A stretch of DNA of 64,000 nt, taken from contig JAAOMT010000074.1 of NCBI GenBank assembly GCA_016748015.1, positions 1 through 64,000 on the forward strand, in the 5' to 3' direction. The stretch comes from Geosiphon pyriformis uo1 (taxonomy: Eukaryota; Fungi; Glomeromycota). The notes below the pieces were generated by a model, which saw only the letters and a program-made list of their open reading frames with translations, did not search any database and had not been told where the DNA came from. Made by a program: the position numbers and the translations under genes. Shown piece after piece: positions 55,571-64,000 of this stretch. Within the stretch, counting starts at the first letter, position 1. Each line of letters begins with the position of its first letter.

Positions 55571-56938
55571 CTATGTTTCGATGACAATAATTGGTTCCAG
55601 ATCTCGTGGTATATCTTCTGGTCTGATTAATGAAATTTGTGTTCCTAGTTGAGGTACTGATGACGATAATTTCTGTTTTACATAATAAATTTTTAACCAA
55701 TTTCCATGCGCTACTTTTTTTAAAATCCTGTCTTCTAATTGTAATTTGTAAGCTCTATTTCCTAACGCTTTGTGTATGTGGAATGGACCGTCCCACTTTG
55801 GGTCAAACTTTCCACTCCACTGTTTCTCAGCTTTTGTACGATGTAACAGTACTTGGTCTCCAATCTTGAATTCCATTGGTTGTTCTGGCAGGTGTTTATC
55901 ATGTCTTTCTTTTTGTTGTTCTTGAGCATGACTAATATTGTCAGCTGCTGTTCTTTGATTGTTTTCCAACATTTCCATTAACTGGTACGTTCTTTGGTAT
56001 AAGGTAGCCTCAAAATTCTCTTCATTGATTGTTTCTGTTGGGTATGACGGTATCACTCGTTTAATCGGTAATGTAGCTTTTCTTCCATAGACTAGTTCGA
56101 ATGGTGTGAACTGAGTCGTATTTTGTTTCAATGTTCGGTATGCAAAGAGTACAGAAGGTATGAATAAGTCTCATTCTTGTCTGTTTTCATGACTTATTTT
56201 TGCTAGTGCTTTGCACAGTGTTCTGTTAAACTGTTCTACCAGTCCGTTCATTTGTGGGTGGTATGGTGACGATAAGGGTCTTTTTATTCCAAACTATTGG
56301 CTTAGTTCAGTCAGCGTATTATTAACAAAGTGTGTTTTCTGATCAGATAATAATTCTTTTGGACATCTATGTCAGCAAATTAGGTCTTGATGCACAAATT
56401 TGGCGACTGTTTTGGCGTCAGCCACTTGGATTGCTCTGGCTTCTGGCCATTTTGTAAGATAGTTTATGGCTACAGCGATATAGCGATTTCCTTGGAATGT
56501 AATTGAAAGAGGTCCAACCAAATTGATCCCGATTCTATCAAATAGATTTCCAACTGGAATGGGTCGAAGTGGTTCTGTTGATCTTGCTCCTCCTTTTTGC
56601 TGGCATGTGTTACAATTGAGCACATATTCGAAAATGTCTTTGTGCATCATTGGCCAATAGTATAAGTTTAGTGTTCTTTTGAGGGTAGCATCTTTATTAA
56701 AGTGTTCTGCAGTCAGATCTGAGTGCACACTATATAGTATAGTTTCTCTTTTACTGTCCGTGATTAGTTGTTGTGGGTTGGGGTGGTTTCGGCATTCTTG
56801 TCAATATAGTTGATTGTCTTGAATAAAATAATTTCGGGCTTGTTTTTATATGGTACTCTGTTCTTGTTGAGATAATATCTTCTTGAAACGTAGTGTCGAT
56901 AGGTACTGATGTAGTCATTGATAAGTGAGTGTGTCCAT
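55571..56938 (-). pseudogene. Gypsy-2 integrase ORF (HHCC, DDE core, GPY/F; no chromodomain seen)
   Basis: ATG at 56938 (MDTLTYQ), H..H..CNTC, GINLVGPL, NYLTKWPEA, KWDGPFHI. Different frame from RT-RH. Confidence 0.9.
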
Positions 56939-56948
56939 GGGTCTGGGA

Positions 56949-59900
56949 TTAAGTTTGTGGCATCCTTGACAAACTGTTGGCATTAGTGTTCTTGGATTCT
57001 TCCTTGTAATGGACTTTGAGTAAGAATTGTTGCAGATAAGTACTCCATCTCGCATATTTTCCTTCTAGTTGTGGATTGTTGAGTAACCAAATAAGTCTTT
57101 TGTGGTCGGTATATAGGTCAAATGGTTGACTGAAGTAATATTTCCAAGTCTGTATGGCCCAATAAATGGTGAGACATTCCAGATCTGTTGTGCTGTAATT
57201 CTTTTCTGCTGGGCTAGTGCTGCGACTAGCATAGGCAACTGGGTGTTTTCTATTGTCCAGTCCTATCTGTGATAAGACTGCTCCTAGAGCATTTTTTGAA
57301 ACGTCCATAGCGACAATGAACCATTTAGTGAAATCTGGATAAATCAGAATTGGGGATGTGATTAATTGCTGCTTGAGATAGTCAAATGCTTTCTGTTGAT
57401 CTTTCTTCCACAAGTATGGTATGTATTTGGACAACAATTGATGGAGTGGTTTTGTGATGTTCAAGAAACTTTTGACAAATTGACGATAATATCCTGCTAA
57501 TCCTAGAAATCCTTGTAATTCTCTGAGGTTGATTGGGGCTGGAAAATCCTTGACTTTTTGTACTTTATCTGGATCAGGTTTAACTCTGTCCTTGCTGATT
57601 ACATGTCCTAGGAATTTTAACTCGGTTTTTCCAAAGAAGCACTTCTCGAGATTGAGTTTCAATCTGGCATTACAAAGGCATTCAAAGACTTGTTGCAGGT
57701 AAAGCAGATGGTCTTCGAATGTTTCAGAGAACATGTTTGTGTTGTTTAAGTAGACTACTACTGATTTCCAAAGGATTCCTTTGTATACTACATCCATCAG
57801 GCATTGAAACGTGGCAGGAGCATTACAAAGTCCAAAAGGCATTACGTTAAACTCAAAGTTTCTGTCTTGAGTGGTAAATGCTGTTTTTTCTTTGTCTTTG
57901 GGGTCCATTTCAACTTGCCAGTAACCACTTGCTAAATCTAATGATGAAAACCATTTTTTTTTCTCTAGATTATTCAGAATTTCCTGGATGAGGGGAGTGG
58001 GATAACTATTTCCTCGCGTGACACTATTTAGTTTTCAATAATCTACACAGAATTGCACTTTTCCATTTTTCTTGGTAACCAAGACTACTGGTGAGGACCA
58101 AGGGCTTAACAATTCTTTGATTAGGCTGTTATTAAGCATCCGTTGCACTTCTTGCTTAATTAGGTTATCACCAGATGGGGGTACGTGGTAAGCTCGTTGC
58201 TTAATTGGTCGAGCGTCTTCTGTATCAATCTAATGCTTCACAATGTTAGTGCATCCGAACTCATTTTCGCTGGCAAAAACATCAGCATATTAATTTAAAA
58301 GGACTTTGAGTTGCATTTGTTGCAAAGTACTTAAATTTCCTAAATTCAATTTATTGATCTCTTCTGGTGTGAACAAGTAACTTTCTTTTGGCAAATTCTA
58401 TACTTGTGAGGTAATATCACAGAATAAGAATAATTGTGTGAAATCTGGAATGGACTGGGATTTTTCAGGATTCTGACTATCTGCGGATATGGAACCGATG
58501 AGGGTCCCTTCGGGGATTTCAATGACATCTTCTGTCAGGTTGTGGATGAGGATTTTGAAGTGTTTATGGGCTTTGGCTGGTAGGTATAGATTAGCAACAT
58601 TGGCTAGGGAACAGATTTCGGGACTGGCTTTGAATAATAGGGCTTGATCTTGGATCTTTTGATTCATCTTGAGAATGTATTGTTGGTATGGGGGAATGGA
58701 GATGACAGTATCAGTGTGAATAAATTCTATCTGGTTACTGTCTTCCTCCATGAAATTAACTGGTACATTTTCTCTTCCACTTGATCCAAATCTGTTGATT
58801 CCTTGGGCAGTGAGGCCTAACTCTTTTCGGGTTGTTACTGGGGTTAATTGGGGTATTTTGACTAGGGGTAAGAAGATAGCTTGGGCAATTTTTTCTTGTG
58901 ATTCTATTTTGTAGGGTCTGTCTAAATTTTTCTGTAGTATTATAATGATGTTTCCTGTGTAACCAGCATCGATGATTCTTCCTTTTATGTTGATTCTTTT
59001 CTTGGCTAGACTAGATCGAAAGGCAACTTGTACCATTGTACTAACAGGAATTTCTAATGCTATTTTAAGATCTATTTTTACGAGAGAATGTGGGGCTATA
59101 ATGATGGGTGATTGTCCAGGGTATCATAGGTTGAAATTGGCATCAGTGTCATGTGCTCTTTTGGGACAAATTCTTTCCTTATTGTCACTGTACCATTTTA
59201 GCTCTAGTTCTTTGGATAGGTCAGGATACACGAGATACTGTTCTGTTTTGGTATCCTCAGTTGGATTTTGAAACGACATGTTCTCGGTGATCAATACCTC
59301 TTCTTTGGGTTCAGGTAGTTCGGTGATTGGAAACAGTATTCTTGGAGGTGGATTGAACATAAGATCACATTCATCACAGTACTGGAAGTGACAGGGGATC
59401 AAACAGTGATCGCATAGTTTGGTATTCAAATCGGCCAACCTTTGCTTTTGTTCCTTGCGAGTTGGGGCCAATTCCTGATATTGGTTCTGAAATGCGTCTG
59501 GGTCATCTGTGAAGAAATCATTCTTGGGGTAGTCGGGTCCAGTATATTTGGGCGTCCAAGGGTTGTCCTTAATTTTTCGTATTTCTTCAGGCATGACACC
59601 TTCGGCCTTGGCACTTGTCATTTTCTAGATTTCGTGGTCATTATGTGGATAACTGTCTAGCCTGTTGAGTGCTTGTTTCCAAGCATCCTCGATGGGAGTT
59701 CCCTTTCATACCCAATTATTGATTAATATGGTGTATTGACAAGCCTCGTTGCATGTTCCTCCTCTGCCAGGCACATCATTCCAGAGTCCTTTATCTGGCA
59801 GGATTTTGCCACATGTAAGACACGGCATGTGGTCCCACTTGCCTTGTCGTTTTGGTCATCCAAATTTTTTCAGTAAACAAGACCTGCAATAGTATTTGGT

Positions 59901-62737
59901 GGTGGTGGGCCATTTTTTGTTGTCCCCAATACATGTGCCCATAGTGGATAGTTTTTTTCTACAATTGACACATATTAGTCTTGGGGGTTAGTAAAATAAG
60001 TTTCTTTGTTCCAAGGTTATGTATCCTAATGATGACAATTGGAGTTCTTCTTCAGCTCTGCCTTTTCCTTTTTCTTCCCAGGTTGGTGGTGGGGGTAGTT
60101 CAGTTTAATAATCATCTGCCCATGAAACCTGATAGGTCTCAATAGTTGGTGGCATTGATGTATCTTCGAATTCAATAAGGGGTTCCTTGGTATGTTGGTT
60201 TTTAAAGTGTCCGCACATAGCTGGGACTTGGACATGCTGTCCGTTGAATGTGAGTTGAAGTTCTTGGGTGTTCCAGTCAAGAGTAGCATTGGCTTTTGAC
60301 AACCAATTGTTTTTTACTAGAGCTTGATATTAAATAGCTTCCATGACGAGTACTTTGGTAGGGATTTGGATTCCATTAATCTCGAAGGGGAAGTTGTCAA
60401 TTTCTCCTATCAGGGTTTTTGTGTTCCCATCCACTGTAATAATCTGAGCAGTAGCAGCACAGTCTACTCAGCGACCTAGTTGGTTCATGAGCTGCTTCGT
60501 GATTATGCTACTGACTGATTTGCTATCCAGAATTAATTTAATGTCTCTTTCTCTGACTCTGGCATCAGTGTATAGGGCCGTTATTGGTTTATCCTGATTG
60601 ATGACTGCTCTACTAAAAAGGCTATGTGTGTTCAAATTATTGATGTCAAAAGGAAATATGATGGCTAGAGTGGTGTCTTCAGTAATAGTGGCTGGTGGGA
60701 TATTGCTTTTTGTTTGCTTAGAAGGTTGGGAGATTTGTTCTATATCTCTCTCTTCCACAGGTGTAGATTTATCAAAACTCTGGTCTTCCATAAGACCGAG
60801 ATAGGAAGCTTGATTTGGGTATCCAGTTGGTGTTGGTCGAGATTGGGCAGGACCATGAGGGATTGGTCGAGATGGTCCACTGTTGGTTTGCACCTGATTG
60901 TTGTTGGGATTCCTTCATTCCTGATTATAGTCTATAGCTCGAGGTCTGGACGGGCTGTAAGGAGAAGTTTGATAGTAAGGGATTGCTTGTGTCATTGGTG
61001 GTGGTTGATAATAATTCTGGGGCAGTTGTTGAGTGTACGAGACCTGTTGTGCATATAGGAGTGGTTGATTCTGAAGTATGGAATATTGGGGTACCATGTT
61101 TTGTTGATATCTGGGTTGCTGGTATGGGTTTCCTTGATTTTGGTTCATGATCTTCCTTCTGCAGTCATGGGCAATGTGTCCAGGTTTCTGGCAGTAGTAG
61201 CAGTTATGAGAATCGGATCTCCAAGGTTGTTGCTGTTGCTGACAGTTCTGTTGTTGTGAGTATCTGCTGTTGTTGTTATTTTCTCTCTGTTGGGGTGATT
61301 GGTAAGTTCCTGTAGTTCCGGCTAAGAATCCCTCAATTTTCTGAGTTAGTTTCTTACTCAATTGAGTTATCTTTGTGTCAATATCAGAGGTTCCATTAAT
61401 GGCTAAATTAATGGCTTGGGTATGGTTCGCTTCTTGTTTTGCAGACTCAAAATCGTGAGCAAGAGTGACGGTGTCTTGTAAACTGGTCAGATGACAGGGT
61501 CTTACAGATCTTAGAATACTACTCCGCAATCCTTTAATGAATTGATTAAGAACTTGCACCGTGGTGTAGTAGTCCCTTTCGATAGCTAATATTTGACGCA
61601 GAATTTGATTAAATTGTCAGAGATAAGTAGTTACTGCTTCGTGATCTTTTTGTTTAATTATGCTGAATTGATTCTGCAATCAAATTAACGTATTGGGGTC
61701 ACAGAAGTATTGCAGAAATGTGAGTTTAAACTTGGTAAAGGAGGTAGGCTTCTCTGCCAGGCTCTGGTACCACGAATTGGCAGTTCCGGTCAAAAAGAAT
61801 GGCAGTGCCTGAACTGTGTGGTCATCATTCCAACCATTAGCGGTAATTGCTTTTTTGGCGTCCGCAATCCAAGAATATGCATTATCTTTTTCACCAGAGA
61901 ATTTTTCCAATTTAGCAATATCCTGATAAGCCATGATCCAGTTAATGAATGGGGTGTTACTGGTTATGTTTAAAGGGATTGGTGTCCACATATTTGAGTG
62001 TTCTCCAGGTGCTAATGCTGGTTGCTTTCCTTTGTCGCTTGAACCAATAGGTTGTAAAATAGCTGTTTCTTCCGTCAGAAGAGATGCTGATTCTGCTAGG
62101 TTTTGTGCTGGTGGCTGTTCCCAAGTTGACAGGTTTCCTTCTGTTTGACCAGCTGCTGAGTTAAGATTTTCAAACAGTGATCCATATTCTCCTAGTGATT
62201 TGGTCCAACTGTGTTGATTCCAAGGGTGTAAATTTCCAGGAGTTTGTGGTATTTCCAACTGAGTTTCCGGGGGTGGGTTGAATACAATTCTACTTTGGGG
62301 TGTTTGATGGTATGATGGAGTTGTTGGGGAAAGGACTCTTGGTTTTTTGTTGACTGTGAACTTGGCTTGGGCAGTTACAGATTTGTTAGATTCATTTTCG
62401 TATCCTCAGAGTCAGATTCCACTGGTTGTTGTACTTGAGGAAATTGTTGTGCCATGTAATATTTAATGTCTGTATCAATTATGCACAGAGTTTCAGCGAT
62501 TGCTTGGGTAGTTGTGGCTGTTGAGTACTTTAGTAAGCTTTGATAGATTTGTTCTCCAAGTCTTCCTGTATCAGTTGTACAGCCTAACAAGCAGTTGATT
62601 TTTGTGTTGATATAGTTACAAAAATCACTTTCTGCATAAGTGATTCCTGCTGGTATTCCTAAGTCTTTTCGAAAGTATTGAAATAGTGCTTTTCCGTACG
62701 AAAAGTGGTCTTTTCCTATTGTTCCAATAGTTGCCAC
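56949..62737 (-). pseudogene. Gypsy-2 gag-PR-Cys-rich-dUTPase-RT-RNase H polyprotein, disrupted by stops and one frameshift near 62400
   Basis: Pieces from 62258 to 56949 all share one frame: gag (QFIKGL, CCHC), PR (LILDS), dUTPase, RT (KTAF, MPFGLCNAPATFQ, YLNN) and RH (DVS..GAVL, YSTTDLE, YTDH). Confidence 0.93.
58776..59165 (-). other. dUTPase domain within Gypsy-2 pol (between PR and RT)
   Basis: Trimeric dUTPase motifs I-V: DANFNL, RSSLAKK, GRIIDAGYTGNI, KIAQAIF, QGINRFGSSG. Confidence 0.92.
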
Positions 62738-62780
62738 TTTTATGTATTTTTGGGGGTGCTCTGTTTCTGTGGATTTATAA

Positions 62781-62797
62781 CCTCACAGGGAGCACCA
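62781..62797 (-). promoter_or_regulatory. Primer binding site TGGTGCTCCCTGTGAGG
   Basis: Begins with TGG, 2 nt inside the 5' LTR boundary; complementary to a tRNA 3' end CCUCACAGGGAGCACCA. Confidence 0.9.
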
Positions 62798-62799
62798 AA

Positions 62800-63889
62800 T
62801 GTTATGGGTAAACTTGGTGGGTATGAGAGATGGTAACATTTAGTGCTCTCAATTATTGATGATGCGTCTTCCACGTAATTCTGTTGGCTTAGTCTTGATT
62901 ATCAGTCTCTAAAGATCTATTCCTGGATGTGAATTTTACCCATTGAGTTCTTTGGTTATAAGGCACAGAGTTTGTCTTTCATCGATTGCAATGTTTTTCG
63001 TAAATGTGAGCTTTCTTTTCCGAGCTAACGAGTACAGTCATTAGGGTCTGGTGTTGTCTTTTCGCCCTTCTAGTAAGCTAACAAGATAATGTTAATATCC
63101 AAAACTTAGGGGGAGCTTCCCTCTTTTACCAGGCTATTACAAAGTCTATTCCCAGACAATCGATTTTACTATGTTGCCGCTCCACAAAAAATAAGACAGA
63201 AAAAGAAAAAAAAAAAAAGAAAAAAAAAGAAAAGAGAGAAAAGATAAATTAGTATTGTCAATCGCCGTGATTAAGAGTGATTGGTCCAAATCGTTAATAG
63301 GTTTGAGATGGTTATGCTAAGAGCATTTGTTTTAGAACAGAGGTACGAGACAAGAATTAATTTACATAAATTTCACAAAATTTGAGAACATGAATTCACA
63401 ATTCTGATTTCTTTTAATAATTGATTTATTTCAGAAGATGAAATAGGAAAGATAATAAAGGATGAAGGGGTATGGATATTTTAATTTCTGGTCTAAAGAT
63501 TTGTATCTATTTTTTCTTCTCTGTCCTTTCTCACTTCTACAACTACTTGCTTTTATACATTCTTTTGGTTTTACAGGATTGCTTTCAATTGTCTCGCTAT
63601 CGCTAGCTATTGCTTTGTTGTTTCTGTTATTGCTTCGTTTTTCTATGTTATTGCTAGTTATCCTATGTTATAACATGTTATCTAACATTATTACATGTTA
63701 TTCTGTGTTATCCTGCATTATAACACATTATCCTATGTTATTGCGTGCTATTCTGTGTTATCCTGCATTATAACATATTATCCAACGTTATAACGCATTA
63801 TCCAACGTTATTGTGCGTTATTCTGTGTTATGTCACATTTTGGTCATGTTTCTTCATAACTTTGGATCGGTTTTTCTACTTGGGTAACA
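62800..63889 (-). repeat. Gypsy-2 5' LTR
   Basis: TGTTA..TAACA termini; adjacent PBS. Confidence 0.96.
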
Positions 63890-64000
63890 ACGCCAACACC
63901 AAACTTGCAAGTCATGAAACCTGTAAGAAAATAAGTGACCCAAGATCCCACCAGAATTTACAAAACTGACAAGAGAGGCCACTTTACACTCAGACTGTAC
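63890..64000 (-). mobile_element. LINE-F, upstream part of ORF2 (continues beyond the window)
   Basis: ASLVSFVNSGGILGHLFSYRFHDLQVWCWR joins in frame to PIYSLNSP once Gypsy-2 and one TSD copy are removed. Confidence 0.92.

Larger units (their letters stand above)
53648..63889 (-). mobile_element. Gypsy-2: full-length Ty3/Gypsy LTR retrotransposon with dUTPase; 4-bp TSD ACGC
   Basis: ~1.09-kb LTRs (TGTTA..TAACA), PBS, PPT, gag CCHC (CYYCQKPGHIAHDC), PR, dUTPase, RT, RH and IN. ACGC at 53644-53647 and 63890-63893. Confidence 0.96.

Overview
Eukaryotic, very AT-rich fungal scaffold. The element families and intron signals suggest an early-diverging, Glomeromycotina-like fungus; this is inference. 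Two blocks of nested, mutationally inactivated retroelements (1-33.4 kb and 50.4-64 kb) flank a ~17-kb microsatellite-rich, CpG-retaining host island. The island carries a two-exon REG1-like PP1-regulatory-subunit gene and a candidate 74-aa membrane microprotein. The TE blocks hold at least six copies of an APE-RT-RNase H LINE, two full-length Ty3/Gypsy-type LTR elements of different families and two solo LTRs; all four of these LTR insertions interrupt LINEs. Both Gypsy families share an unusual layout: gag-PR-[multi-CxxC domain]-dUTPase-RT-RNase H, a stop codon, an apparently separate integrase ORF, then a conserved non-env ORF3. The better-preserved element has a 4-bp TSD and a PBS resembling elongator tRNA-Met. 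Repeats show RIP-like C>T/G>A hypermutation: all 27 differences in 280 bp of sister LTRs are transitions, and two-thirds are at non-CpG sites. All alignments and translations were done by eye.
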